In this document: in pieces, positions 9,786 to 19,832 of the stretch
How positions within the stretch are numbered: the stretch's first letter is position 1
Layout: every line of letters begins with the position of its first letter
Assembly (NCBI GenBank): GCA_031414455.1
Contig: JANNVM010000606.1
Location: forward strand, 1 to 35,439
Source of the DNA: Verrucomicrobiota bacterium
GTDB lineage: Bacteria > Verrucomicrobiota > Verrucomicrobiia > Verrucomicrobiales > V1-33
Direction: 5' to 3'
Length of the DNA: 35,439 nt
The notes under the pieces: generated by a model
Told to the model about the DNA's origin: nothing
What the model saw: only the letters and a program-made list of their open reading frames with translations
Databases searched by the model: none
Program-made: the position numbers and the translations under genes

Positions 9786-9997
9786 CTGCTGGCCGCGTGC
9801 AATTCACTCCATGCCGTCTCGAGATCAAGTATTTCAACCCGTCCCGCCGTGAACTCCGCTTCCGTTTTCCCAAGCGCTACCTCATGCCAGGGAGGGCTGG
9901 AGACATCATCGCCTTCAGCCGTCAGATCCACCCACAGATCCTCAAGGAGCCGGAGCTTTTCGGCGCGCGGAAGACGACGGAGTTCAGCAGTACTCAT
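9782..9997 (-). CDS. Addiction-module antitoxin (TIGR02574-like)
   Basis: 71 aa from ATG 9997: LPRAEKLRLLEDLWVDL...SPPWHEVAL; immediately upstream of the toxin. Confidence 0.85.
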   Translation of the reverse strand: MSTAELRRLPRAEKLRLLEDLWVDLTAEGDDVSSPPWHEVALGKTEAEFTAGRVEILDLETAWSELHAASR

Positions 9998-10004
9998 GCA
10001 GTTG

Positions 10005-10032
10005 ACTGTAATTTCCAGGCCGGGAGATGCAA
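10005..10032 (-). promoter_or_regulatory. Probable sigma70 promoter of the TA operon (leaderless)
   Basis: Minus strand reads TTGCAT-N16-TACAGT-N7-ATG(9997). Confidence 0.5.
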
Positions 10033-10069
10033 GGCTTAATTGGCCGTCACAGTCGGCCCGATTATAGGG

Positions 10070-10110
10070 CTCCTCCACATACAGAAACCGGTTCGTGTGC
10101 AGCATCACCT
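10070..10110 (-). pseudogene. Relic of the 3' end of a PSD1 (DUF1553) gene
   Basis: Encodes VMLHTNRFLYVE versus VMLSTNRFLYIE* at 14371-14411; 32/41 nt identical by manual count. Confidence 0.7.
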
Positions 10111-10183
10111 CGACGCTCCATGACGGCGCTGGCGGGCCTGTCATGCGATTGCGGCTTCCTGGAGTGCATCCGGAAGTGGCCAC

Positions 10184-13100
10184 TCACCAACCTGAGCGGG
10201 ATGTCCCCGAGCCCGATGAGAAACTCGACCGGGAGGTGCCTGATGAGGAGGATGAACGCGAAGAGGATGAGAATCCACCGGAGGAAGATCCGAAGCTGGA
10301 AGAAGCGCTGGAGAGGCGCTGGCGCTCACGCCGCGCTTCCTCCTCGCGCCGCTCCTGTTCCCGGCGTCTCCGGCGCTCTTCGGCTTCTGCCGCCTCCAAA
10401 GCGTTTTGCGCCTCCCTCGCCGCGGCGTTGGCGAGCCTCGCCGCCTCTGCATACGCTCCGCGATCCAGAGCTTCGCGCGCAGCGTACAGTCCACGCTGCC
10501 CGGCTCCGGAATCAATGCTGACACCGAAGGGTCCGCTCCATCCGCGCAGGGAGCGAATCGCCGAGGCGGCCCGCTGCAGGCCGCGGATGGACTCCTCCGC
10601 CTGCTCCAGCTCGCCGCTCAGCACCGAGCGCAGCCGCACCGCTTCGGCGGCGATGCCATCGGCGGCGGAATCAATCTGCGGCCAGTCCTCATGAGGCTCC
10701 GTCAGCCGGCGGCGGCATGTCTGCAGCAACTGATCGAGAGGTGGAAGCGATTGGACAATCTGTGAAATTGCCCCGCTGTCAGGAATCTGATCCTGCTGCG
10801 ACCTCGCCGCGAGCTGATTGAGACTCGTGAATTGGCGTTCCGCCTCCTTCACGCTCAGCACGGCATCGTTGTGCAGTGCGGCATCGGCCGTGAGCTGTCG
10901 CTCCAGTTCCTGCATCGCGGTCCGGCAGGACTCAAGGGACTGTGCCGCAAGGAAAGGATCTGCGGTAGTCCCCGCGGCGGCGGCGGCCTGCACCGCGTGA
11001 TCAACTGCGGTATTGATTTCCCGCATCCTGTCCACGCTGCGCCGCATAGCGGACGTCTGAGTGGCAGCCTCCGCAACCCGCCGCCGCCAGGCGTCCAGTT
11101 CCGCGGCCAGCGTCTGGTTCCCCGCCGCAGCCTGAGTCAACTTTTCTTCATGGGCTCCGATCTCATCAAGGTGCGCCGCGGCTTGTTCATTGTTTCCCTC
11201 TGCATGTCCGTGGCGGCCCGCGGCTGTCAAAATGAGTCCTGACTCGCGCTGCTGTTTTGATTCAGCGGTCTTCCGGCGGGCCTGCTCCAGCAGGGATTCC
11301 ACATCACGAATGTTATTACTGAGCGTATCGCCCGTGGCGGAAATGAGCGCTGAGGCCGCCCATGCCGTTTCCATGCGACGCAGTTGTTCCGTGCGCTGCG
11401 GAAGAGTCCCTGACAAACGAACTGTTTCCGCCGCGATCATCCGGGCCTGCTCCGGCCATGCGGTGAAGGCTTCCCGGGTTGCGGTGATCAATGCCGCGGC
11501 GGCCGCGCAGCAGGCATCGCATGCGTTGAGAGCCTCCGCAGCAGCGGCGGTGTCGCCGCGATCGATCTCCGCCAGCGAAGCAGCGTGCTGCTCCCGGGCC
11601 GCGGCCAGTTTCACCGATGGATTCCGCCCGTCATCCTCACAAAGCACTTTCTCCGGCGGGATGCTGAGTTCACCGCCCAGTTGCACCCGCGCGTCACGCA
11701 CCGCGTCCTCCGATTTTCCAATCACCGGCAAACAGGACTCCGCAGCGCGCTTCATCAGATCAGCGGCGGTGCGAACCTTCACTCCCTGCAAGTTCAATTC
11801 CGCCGCCAGGGCGGCGACTGCCGCAGTCTGGACTTCATCCACTGCGGCGCGCGCGATTGCACCGGCCTTTTCAGACAGCGCTGTCAGAGCCTCGTCCACC
11901 CAAACCGTGCGGCGGCCCGACGTTACCAATTCCGCCGCCGCTTCACGAATACGGGGAAGCAACTCCGCGCGCGCCTGCCGCACCACGCCGCAGATCGCTT
12001 TGGCATCCGCTGCCTTGCGGGCTCCGGCGGCCAGCGGCTTTTCCATCGCCTGCACCGGATCCTTCGCCGCCATCCTGTCAGCGCCGGCCTGATCCGCCCG
12101 GGCCGACGGAAGCAGCGCGGCAAACAACGGCTCCAGCAGAAACAGCCTGTCGGTTAGGGCCGCGTCATGGAGTTGCTGTTCCATCAGTTCGATGCCGTCG
12201 AGATCCGCGTTCAGCTTTTCGCGGTCAGCGGAAATGCGCAGCCAGGCAATGTCGATGCGGTCGAGACTCCCGAGCGCGCGGGCGGCGCGCTCATTGAAGG
12301 CGGTGATGAGTTCATCGAATGTCAGGGAAAACGGCTCGGTGTCCTCCCGCTTCCCCAGCAGACCGCGCCACTCGGACGGCACGGCATCCGGCGCAGACAA
12401 CGGAACCGGTCGCAGCGGATCCTCCGGACTGAACGAAATCCGGTCCTCATTCAATAACTGCACGGCATCGTCATAGCGTTTACCGGCGACGAAATTCACC
12501 GCAGTCGCCAGCAGATTGCGCGGCAGCGCGAGTCCACGGGATCTCTCCAGCACGCCGTCGATGGCCGACGACATCACAAAGAGCTGATCCACATCGCGAA
12601 TCGTCTGATGCGCGATGGCTGCCGTGTCTCCGGTCCAGCCGCTGCTTTCCAAAATGGCGGTCGTTCCCACACTGGTACGCGTGCGCTCCATGAGTTTGAA
12701 CAAGCCCTCCGTCTTTTCGCGAAATGCCTTTTCCCATGCCTCAAGGAGCGAGAGCGCCTTTGTTCTGACGCGGCGGCGGCGACGGTTGCCGATGATGCCC
12801 CCGGCAAGGACAAGCCCGCCGCCAACGATGCCACCCGTTTGCCATGCGCGACGCCGGATCAACCGGTTGCGCTCCCACACGGCACCGGCCCGCTCCGCAT
12901 CCGTCAGGAAACCGGAGGCCTTTTGCAGGGCTCCGGCGGCTGATTGGCCGGATGAAAAATCGCGACGGGCCGTTTCGAGCGCGGCGGTTGCGTTTTCCAT
13001 GGCTGCCGCCGCATCCCCGCTCCCGGCCGGCAAACTCATGGCCCTGGCGCGCCCCGCCACCCGCACCAGTTCCTCCGCCTCGCGTCTGGTCTCTGTATCC

Positions 13101-14170
13101 GCCACTGCCGCCGCCTGCAGCAGTTTCGCGGACACAGCCAGTGCGGCTGACCAGGAGGCGTCCGCATTCGCATGCGCCGCGACGGATTCCTTCAGAGCCT
13201 CCCGCGATTCCAGCAGCGCCGCCTGAGCCCGCGCGCTATCTTCGTGCAGGCGGAGCGCATCCGTTTCCCTTTGCTGCCCCGCTATCAATTCGGGACCGCG
13301 GGCATGATCGGCAAGCAGACGCAGATACGCCTCCAGCGGTTGCTCCACGCCGCGCATCGCCGCCACGGCCTCGTCATTGCGGCCAGCGCTCAGGCTGGCT
13401 TCAGCGGCGTCCAGTTGCCGGGCCCACGGCCCGGTCGCCTGAGTTAGCAGACTGCCCTTCGCCGCCGGATAGCCCCGGCGGATCTCCTGTTCCGCCGCCC
13501 GGGCTTCTGTCAGGCGACCGCGCAATGCGGCGATCGTCGCGGCCGTTTCCTCCCGCGCCCGGCGCACGCGTTCCTCTCCTCGCCGGCGCTCCTCCGCCTC
13601 CCCGGCAAGACGCCGGGCGAGTTCTCCATCGAGGAAACTCACCGTGTCCTTCACCGCATCCGCCACCCGCCCGCCCCCGCGCATCGCCCGGATGGCTGGC
13701 GCGTCCAGATTGCCATTGAAGTTCCCTTCGCCCAGCCCGCGGCGGTCATACACATCCGATCCGTAATAGCTGAATTTCCGTTCGCGCAGGAAAATCACAA
13801 AGAACGCGCCGCTGCGCTCGCCGGTCTGCAGATGCTTCAGTTCTCCAAACCCCGTCTCCGCGGGCAGCGTCTTGCCCAAGCCGTGCTCCACGGCATCCAT
13901 GCCGGTGAAACGCGAGCCCTCCTTATCATGGAACGATTCGTCCCCGGCGTGTTCGCACAATACCACTGTCCAGTTAGTCGCCCGGGCATCCAGCCATGCT
14001 TCCAGTTCCGCGAGCCGCTCCTCCGGCAGTACATTCCCCTTCACATACAAATGCTGCGCCGCCGACCACACCGCCGGCACGTCCGTCGCACGACTGACAT
14101 TGCGCGCCGGCTCCGCTGTGACGCGTCCCGCAGCGACAATCGTGACAAGGTAAATGATCAGTCTTTTCAT
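10184..14170 (-). CDS. 1328-aa membrane-anchored protein: TPM-like N-domain, one TM helix, long helical region, Ser/Gly tail
   Basis: Signal peptide; GAFFVIFLRERKFSY...APAIRAMRGGGRVADAV; TM GGIVGGGLVLAGGIIG followed by NRRRRR; Ala/Glu/Arg-rich helices; ends SSFSSGSGTSRSGW. The CDS is solid, the TPM call is tentative. Confidence 0.7.
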   Translation of the reverse strand: MKRLIIYLVTIVAAGRVTAEPARNVSRATDVPAVWSAAQHLYVKGNVLPEERLAELEAWLDARATNWTVVLCEHAGDESFHDKEGSRFTGMDAVEHGLGKTLPAETGFGELKHLQTGERSGAFFVIFLRERKFSYYGSDVYDRRGLGEGNFNGNLDAPAIRAMRGGGRVADAVKDTVSFLDGELARRLAGEAEERRRGEERVRRAREETAATIAALRGRLTEARAAEQEIRRGYPAAKGSLLTQATGPWARQLDAAEASLSAGRNDEAVAAMRGVEQPLEAYLRLLADHARGPELIAGQQRETDALRLHEDSARAQAALLESREALKESVAAHANADASWSAALAVSAKLLQAAAVADTETRREAEELVRVAGRARAMSLPAGSGDAAAAMENATAALETARRDFSSGQSAAGALQKASGFLTDAERAGAVWERNRLIRRRAWQTGGIVGGGLVLAGGIIGNRRRRRVRTKALSLLEAWEKAFREKTEGLFKLMERTRTSVGTTAILESSGWTGDTAAIAHQTIRDVDQLFVMSSAIDGVLERSRGLALPRNLLATAVNFVAGKRYDDAVQLLNEDRISFSPEDPLRPVPLSAPDAVPSEWRGLLGKREDTEPFSLTFDELITAFNERAARALGSLDRIDIAWLRISADREKLNADLDGIELMEQQLHDAALTDRLFLLEPLFAALLPSARADQAGADRMAAKDPVQAMEKPLAAGARKAADAKAICGVVRQARAELLPRIREAAAELVTSGRRTVWVDEALTALSEKAGAIARAAVDEVQTAAVAALAAELNLQGVKVRTAADLMKRAAESCLPVIGKSEDAVRDARVQLGGELSIPPEKVLCEDDGRNPSVKLAAAREQHAASLAEIDRGDTAAAAEALNACDACCAAAAALITATREAFTAWPEQARMIAAETVRLSGTLPQRTEQLRRMETAWAASALISATGDTLSNNIRDVESLLEQARRKTAESKQQRESGLILTAAGRHGHAEGNNEQAAAHLDEIGAHEEKLTQAAAGNQTLAAELDAWRRRVAEAATQTSAMRRSVDRMREINTAVDHAVQAAAAAGTTADPFLAAQSLESCRTAMQELERQLTADAALHNDAVLSVKEAERQFTSLNQLAARSQQDQIPDSGAISQIVQSLPPLDQLLQTCRRRLTEPHEDWPQIDSAADGIAAEAVRLRSVLSGELEQAEESIRGLQRAASAIRSLRGWSGPFGVSIDSGAGQRGLYAAREALDRGAYAEAARLANAAAREAQNALEAAEAEERRRRREQERREEEARRERQRLSSASSSFGSSSGGFSSSSRSSSSSGTSRSSFSSGSGTSRSGW

Positions 14171-14370
14171 GGGCGGGTTTTATACCATTCTCCACGCAGT
14201 CAAACAGTACAATTCGCCCGTCCATTTCTACGCGGACGCGATGATTTCGGCGGCGGCTGCACCGGCCTTGCCACTCCTTCCCGGGTGGCGGTAATGTTAT
14301 CGGAAAAGATTGCCGCCGGCCGAGCCCGGGCGCAGCAACAGGAACGGCTTCGGCTGACTCCCCTTCGTGT

Positions 14371-16953
14371 CTATTCGATGTATAGAAAGCGGTTCGTGCT
14401 CAGCATCACCTGACACCATGCAGCGAGGGCGCCGGCGGCGGACTTGTCGCGGTCGAGGCCTTGTTTGGCGAGGTCGGTGCGCTGCTGGTGGAGGAACGCA
14501 AGGCTGCGGGCGGTTTCGAGGGCGTCCGGCGCAGTTCCAAAGAGGAGCGCCCATGCGCGGACAATCCTGACGGTGTCATTGGCAGGTGCTTCCCGCTGGA
14601 GCCGGCCGGCAAGCGCCTGAGATTGCTCGATGCTGAACGCATCGTTCATGAGCAGCAGTGACTGCGGGGCCACGGTGGTGACCGTGCGCGACGTGCAGTT
14701 GGGGTTCATCACCGGGAGATCGAAGGTGTCGAGCACCGTGAGCGGACGCGAGCGGCGGCTTTCGATGTAAAGGCTGCGCCTCTGCGCGCCCTCGGCGACC
14801 GACTCGATCTTATCCACCATGCCGTTGCCGGGATTGATGACCTCGCGTCCGGGGACGATGCGCCCTGTCGTCACATCGCGCGCCACGCTCACCGGTTCGC
14901 CCCCGATAACAGGAATCAGTTTGCCGGAGACTGCGAGCATGGCATCGCGGACGGACTCAGCGTCAAGTCGCTGCAGTTTCCAGCCCGGGTAAAGTCGCTC
15001 ACGCTCTGTGTTTACGTGTGGATCTCCCGCCTGACGCCAGGTGCGGCTGGTGAGCATGAGTTTGTGGAGCCGTTTCAATTGCCAGCCGTGCTCCACAAAG
15101 CCGGCAGCCAGCCAGTCGAGCAGATCCGGGTGTGTGGGCCGCTCCCCAAGCGCACCAAAGTCTCCCGGAGTCCTGACCAGCCCCCGCCCGAAATGATGGA
15201 GCCAGAAACGGTTTACGAGCACGCGGGCGGTGAGCGGATTTTGTTTTGCAGTCAGCCACTGCGCGAAGGCGAGTCGCCTTCCGCTCGTCGGCAGATCAGG
15301 TTTCGGACTTGTCAGGGCCACCGGCTCGCCCGCCGTGGACAGCACCTCGAACACCCCGGGTGAAATCTTCTCACGCGGCTGCCCGTGGTCGCCGCGGCTG
15401 AAGAGAAACGTGTCCGGCACGGCATTGGCAAACTCCGTCGCCGCCATCACAAAATGCTCCTTCGGTCTCGTGGCACGGTGCGCATTGGCTTTGGCTTCCA
15501 TCTCCACGCGCTTGTTGTTCGCCGGCGGATCAAACAGCAGCAGGATGCCCTCCTGCTTCGGCACGTTGGCTTCGACGTATTTCTTGAGCAGCTCCGTCTG
15601 CTCCGGCGTGCGTTTACCTTCCTCCGTTTCCCGCGCGGTCTTCACGGCGGCGCGGTCAGCTTCCGGAACTTTGGCGAGGCGTTCCGCGAAGATTTCCTCC
15701 AGCCGCTTTAGAGCGAATGCCACCCGTTCGGCATCCATTTGCTTTGCCTCGGCTTCGATCTTCTCCGCCTGTTTGCGTTCCTCGTCGTTGTAGAGCGAAA
15801 AGAGACGGTTGCCGGGCGGCTGCCAGTTTTTCCAGTTATAGACGGGCTCGAAAACCGCACGCAGGCGGTGGTAGTCCTGATGGGAAACGGGATCGTAACG
15901 GTGGTCGTGGCACTGCGCGCAGCCAACGGTCAGGCCCATGAGGGAGGTGGAGACGATCTTGATGGTCTCGGCCATGACCTGATTTCTTGCGAGGCTGGCA
16001 TCCGCCACACTGCCGCCGGTGGGGTCCGGGGCCATGCGGAGGAATCCGGTGGCCGCCAGGCGATCGGCGGCACCGGGTTCGAGGATACGCTTCTTCACGT
16101 CGTCGTGCGCCGCGCCGAGCAGTTCATCTCCGGCCAGTTGTTCCGTAATAAACCGGTCCCACGGCAGGTCCTCATTGTGCGCCCTGACAACATAGTCGCG
16201 GTAATGCCATGCATACGGCCGCGGCAGGTCCTCTTCGTGCCCTTCGGAGTCCGCATAGCCCGCCGCGTCGAGCCAGTGGCGGCCCCAGCGCTCGCCATAA
16301 TGCGGCGAGGCCAGCAGGCGGTCCACCTGTTTCTCAAAAGCATCGGCCGCGGGGTCGTTGACAAACGCCGCCACCTCTTCCGGCGACGGGGGCAAACCTG
16401 TTAGATCGAACGACAGCCGCCGCAGCAGCGTGACCCTGTCGGCCTCCGGCTGGAAATCAAGCCCCGCCGCCCGCAGCGGCACGGCGATGAAAGCATCCAC
16501 CGGATTCGTCTCGCCATCCGGCACAGCGGGCTTCCCGATCGGGCGGAAGCTCCAGAAGTTTCGTTCCTCATCGGTGATATAGACGGCGGGAATCGTCTCC
16601 GGCTCGTCGCGCAGGGTCGGCGCGCCCGCGGCAATCCATTGCTCCAGCAGGGCGACTTCTGACGGGGCCAGTTTCTTCTCGCCCTTCGGCATTTTGCCGC
16701 TGCGAACCAGTTGCACCATGTGGCTCGCCTCCGCATTCCCCGGCACCATCACCGGACCGTCATCGGTCTTGTGCAGCATGAACCGCCGCAGCCGAAAATC
16801 CACGCCGCCCTCCTTTTTCCCGCCTTCACCATGGCAGTGGAAACAATGCGCCTTCAGCAACGGCCGCACGTCCCTCTCAAACACGGGTGCCCCCTGCCCT
16901 GCCGCGCAGAGCTGAGAAAGGCAGAGCGCCGTGAGAAGCCGGGATCGTGTCAT
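14371..16953 (-). CDS. Planctomycete cytochrome c + DUF1549 + DUF1553 (PSD1) protein
   Basis: CFHCH and CAQCHDH; YGERWGRHWLDAAGYADS; NPLTARVLVNRFW; PTHPDLLDWLA; APQSLLLMN. Start 16953 preferred over 16974. Confidence 0.95.
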   Translation of the reverse strand: MTRSRLLTALCLSQLCAAGQGAPVFERDVRPLLKAHCFHCHGEGGKKEGGVDFRLRRFMLHKTDDGPVMVPGNAEASHMVQLVRSGKMPKGEKKLAPSEVALLEQWIAAGAPTLRDEPETIPAVYITDEERNFWSFRPIGKPAVPDGETNPVDAFIAVPLRAAGLDFQPEADRVTLLRRLSFDLTGLPPSPEEVAAFVNDPAADAFEKQVDRLLASPHYGERWGRHWLDAAGYADSEGHEEDLPRPYAWHYRDYVVRAHNEDLPWDRFITEQLAGDELLGAAHDDVKKRILEPGAADRLAATGFLRMAPDPTGGSVADASLARNQVMAETIKIVSTSLMGLTVGCAQCHDHRYDPVSHQDYHRLRAVFEPVYNWKNWQPPGNRLFSLYNDEERKQAEKIEAEAKQMDAERVAFALKRLEEIFAERLAKVPEADRAAVKTARETEEGKRTPEQTELLKKYVEANVPKQEGILLLFDPPANNKRVEMEAKANAHRATRPKEHFVMAATEFANAVPDTFLFSRGDHGQPREKISPGVFEVLSTAGEPVALTSPKPDLPTSGRRLAFAQWLTAKQNPLTARVLVNRFWLHHFGRGLVRTPGDFGALGERPTHPDLLDWLAAGFVEHGWQLKRLHKLMLTSRTWRQAGDPHVNTERERLYPGWKLQRLDAESVRDAMLAVSGKLIPVIGGEPVSVARDVTTGRIVPGREVINPGNGMVDKIESVAEGAQRRSLYIESRRSRPLTVLDTFDLPVMNPNCTSRTVTTVAPQSLLLMNDAFSIEQSQALAGRLQREAPANDTVRIVRAWALLFGTAPDALETARSLAFLHQQRTDLAKQGLDRDKSAAGALAAWCQVMLSTNRFLYIE

Positions 16954-17091
16954 GCGCCCATGACGCGACCGCACCCGGAATTCTTACACCCGGGAGCGGC
17001 CAATCGGTTCCGCCGCAAATCGTCCATCAATGGGCGGTGGCGCTGCCCGGCAGGCAACCTCTCAACTCCGGCCTCAGTCTGAAGCGCCGGA

Positions 17092-17862
17092 TTACTTCAC
17101 CTGCCGCTTCAGGAACTCTTCGGCCATCGCCTTGTATGCCTGGGCGGCTTTTCCGTTGGGGTCGTATTCAATAAGCGGCTTCTCAAAGCTCTGACTTTCC
17201 GCCACCGCAATGCTGCGCGGGATGTGCGTCTCATACACGATGCCCTCAAAAGCTTTCCGCACTTCCTCCATCACGGCGCGGGCGTGACTGGTGCGTCCGT
17301 CATACATGGTCAGGAGGATGCCCTCCAGTTTGAGCGACGTGTTGATCCCGTTGGCTTTGATGTGCTCGTGAATGTCCACGATGCGCGCCAGACCTTCGAG
17401 CCCGAAATATTCGCACTGCAGCGGGATGAGCAGGCCGTCAGCGGCCGAAAGCGCCGACGTCATGAGGATTCCCAGCGACGGCGGGCAGTCAATGATGAGG
17501 TAATCGTAGCGCTGTTCGTGTTTCAGAGGCAGGAGCACTTCACGGAGCCTGACAAGGTGATTGTCCGATTTCACGAGATCCACTTCGGCACCGGCGAGTT
17601 CTGTTTGAGCCGGAATCATCCAGAGCCCCGGAAAGCGGGTCGCCTGAATCTTCCCCGCAAGGGTATCCTCGCCGATCAGCACCCGGTAAAGGCTCTGCCC
17701 TTCGTCGCAAGGCACCCCAAGAGCACTGGAGGCATTGCCCTGGGGATCGAAATCGAGCAGCAGGACCCGCACGCCGCGCGCCGCGAGGCACGCGGCAAGG
17801 TTCACGGACGTCGTCGTTTTTCCGACGCCGCCTTTCTGATTGGCTACTGCGATGATTTTCAT
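17092..17862 (-). CDS. parA: ParA/Soj family ATPase
   Basis: ANQKGGVGKTT deviant Walker A, DFDPQGNAS, IIDCPPSLG, PLQCEY. Confidence 0.92.
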   Translation of the reverse strand: MKIIAVANQKGGVGKTTTSVNLAACLAARGVRVLLLDFDPQGNASSALGVPCDEGQSLYRVLIGEDTLAGKIQATRFPGLWMIPAQTELAGAEVDLVKSDNHLVRLREVLLPLKHEQRYDYLIIDCPPSLGILMTSALSAADGLLIPLQCEYFGLEGLARIVDIHEHIKANGINTSLKLEGILLTMYDGRTSHARAVMEEVRKAFEGIVYETHIPRSIAVAESQSFEKPLIEYDPNGKAAQAYKAMAEEFLKRQVK

Positions 17863-18032
17863 ACTGCCGAACTGGGCCGCGCCACTTCTCACGCCACTGC
17901 GGGGAATGCCAGCGGCTTTTTGTCATGATGGGCGGAATCCGGCGGGCAACGAAATGATAGGCGCACCGGGCTGGCGGCAAAGTCCCGTTCTCCGGACTTG
18001 TCGCGCTGCGGAACGCCGTTACCTGCCCGCAG

Positions 18033-19787
18033 ATGAAAACCATTCTTCGCGTCTTCCCCTGGCTGCGCCGATATCCTGGCATGGCGATGGCCCAGCTTGT
18101 CTGCGCCGTCATCGGCACCCTCCTGGTGCTGGTGCCGCCAAACGCCATCAAGACGATCGTGGACGACGTCATTCGCGGCGGACAGCCGGACAAACTCGTG
18201 CCCTGGGTGCTCATGGCGGCGGCGGCATGGTTTGGACGGGACCTCCTCAACGCCCTGCGCATCATTTTGAACAATACGCTGGAGCAGAGCGTCATCTTCG
18301 ACATCCGGAGCGACCTCTACCGGAGGCTCCAGTCGCTGCCACTGCCGTGGTTCGACAAAAAGCCGACGGGCGACCTGATGACGACGATCGCGGAGGATGT
18401 GAATGCGATGGAGCGTGTGCTCATTGACGGCGTGGAGCAGGGTGTAGTGGCGGTGCTGCAGATTGTTATCGTCGGCTCATGGATGTTCTGGCACAGTGGC
18501 ACACTCGCGGCCATCGGCATGATTCCCATTCCGCTGCTCATGGGGGGGGCGCTTCTTTACACCATGACCGCGCGAGGCCGCTACAAGGCGGTGCGCAATG
18601 CGACGAGCGAGATGAACAGTATGCTGCACGACAACATCAGCGGCATCCGGCAGATCAAGACTTACAGCATGGAGGAGGCCGAACACTCCCGCTTCAATGC
18701 CTTCAGCGACCGGCTGCGGATTGCCACACTGAAGGTGATGCGCGCATGGTCGTTCTATAATCCAACGATGAGTTATATCGCCGCTCTCGGCACCGTGCTG
18801 GTGCTGCTCTTCGGCGGCCGCGCGGTGCTCGACGGTTCGCTGACCCAGGGTGAGTTCACCGGCTTCCTCTTCCTCATGCCGTTCTTCTATGAGCCGGTGG
18901 GCCGGCTGCATCAGTTGAATCAAATCCTCCAGGCCGGACGTGCCGCCGCGGACCGTGTGTTCGACATCATGGACGCCACGCCGGAGGACAACGCCGATGC
19001 CGGAGAACCGCTTCGACTGACAAAAGGCCATGTCGTCTATGATGATGTGCGTTTCACCTACAGCGGCAAACACGCCACCCTCCAGGGCGTGAGCCTCGAA
19101 GCGCAGCCAGGGCAGGTCATTGCGCTCGTGGGTCCGACGGGCGCGGGGAAAAGCACGATCATCAATCTGCTCACGCGCTTCTACGAATTTGAGAGCGGCG
19201 ATATTACAATCGACGGCCAGAGCATCCGCAAGGTCAGCAAACCGGCGCTGCGTTCCGCCATCGGCTATGTGACTCAGGAGAGTTTCATGTTTAACGGCAC
19301 CGTGCGCGACAATCTGATCATCGCGAAACGCGACGCCGCGGAGGAGGACCTCTGGCGCGTACTGGAAGCGGCCAATGCACGAGGCTTTGTCGAGCGGTTG
19401 CCGGAAAAACTCGACACGAAAGTCGGCGAGCGGGGTGTTAGACTCAGCGTCGGTGAAAAGCAGCGCCTTTCCATTGCCAGGGCGCTGTTGAAGAATCCAC
19501 CGATCCTCCTGCTCGACGAAGCCACCGCCAGTGTGGACACGGAAACCGAGCGCCTGATTCAGCAGGCGCTGGAGCGGCTCATGGTGAACCGCACGTCATT
19601 CGTGATCGCGCACCGGCTGAGCACTGTGCGACACGCGGACCGGATCTACGTCCTCGATCTCGGCAAAGTCGTCGAGCAGGGCACTCATGCGGAGTTGCTC
19701 GCGCATGGCGGACTCTACGCCGAGCTGTGCCGCACCGCCTTCCTCCACGGCGAAAATGAAAAGGATCCCCCCTCCCTGCGGGATTGA
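18033..19787 (+). CDS. ABC exporter, fused permease/ATPase (MsbA/ABCB-like)
   Basis: N-terminal TM helices; GPTGAGKS, LSVGEKQR, LLLDEAT, IAHRLST. Confidence 0.95.
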   Translation: MKTILRVFPWLRRYPGMAMAQLVCAVIGTLLVLVPPNAIKTIVDDVIRGGQPDKLVPWVLMAAAAWFGRDLLNALRIILNNTLEQSVIFDIRSDLYRRLQSLPLPWFDKKPTGDLMTTIAEDVNAMERVLIDGVEQGVVAVLQIVIVGSWMFWHSGTLAAIGMIPIPLLMGGALLYTMTARGRYKAVRNATSEMNSMLHDNISGIRQIKTYSMEEAEHSRFNAFSDRLRIATLKVMRAWSFYNPTMSYIAALGTVLVLLFGGRAVLDGSLTQGEFTGFLFLMPFFYEPVGRLHQLNQILQAGRAAADRVFDIMDATPEDNADAGEPLRLTKGHVVYDDVRFTYSGKHATLQGVSLEAQPGQVIALVGPTGAGKSTIINLLTRFYEFESGDITIDGQSIRKVSKPALRSAIGYVTQESFMFNGTVRDNLIIAKRDAAEEDLWRVLEAANARGFVERLPEKLDTKVGERGVRLSVGEKQRLSIARALLKNPPILLLDEATASVDTETERLIQQALERLMVNRTSFVIAHRLSTVRHADRIYVLDLGKVVEQGTHAELLAHGGLYAELCRTAFLHGENEKDPPSLRD

Positions 19788-19832
19788 ATAACCATTGCAT
19801 CGCCCGCAGGAGCCCGGCAAAATCCGGGCACT

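Noticed and set aside
9998-10183. N-terminal extension of the 133-aa antitoxin ORF
   Set aside because: Contains the PSD1 relic and the TA promoter; the family-like sequence begins at ATG 9997.
14268-14291. gccac...gggaagg on the minus strand resembling part of a cobalamin riboswitch
   Set aside because: The other conserved elements, including the B12 box, are not visible and no B12-related gene follows; an Infernal search would settle it.
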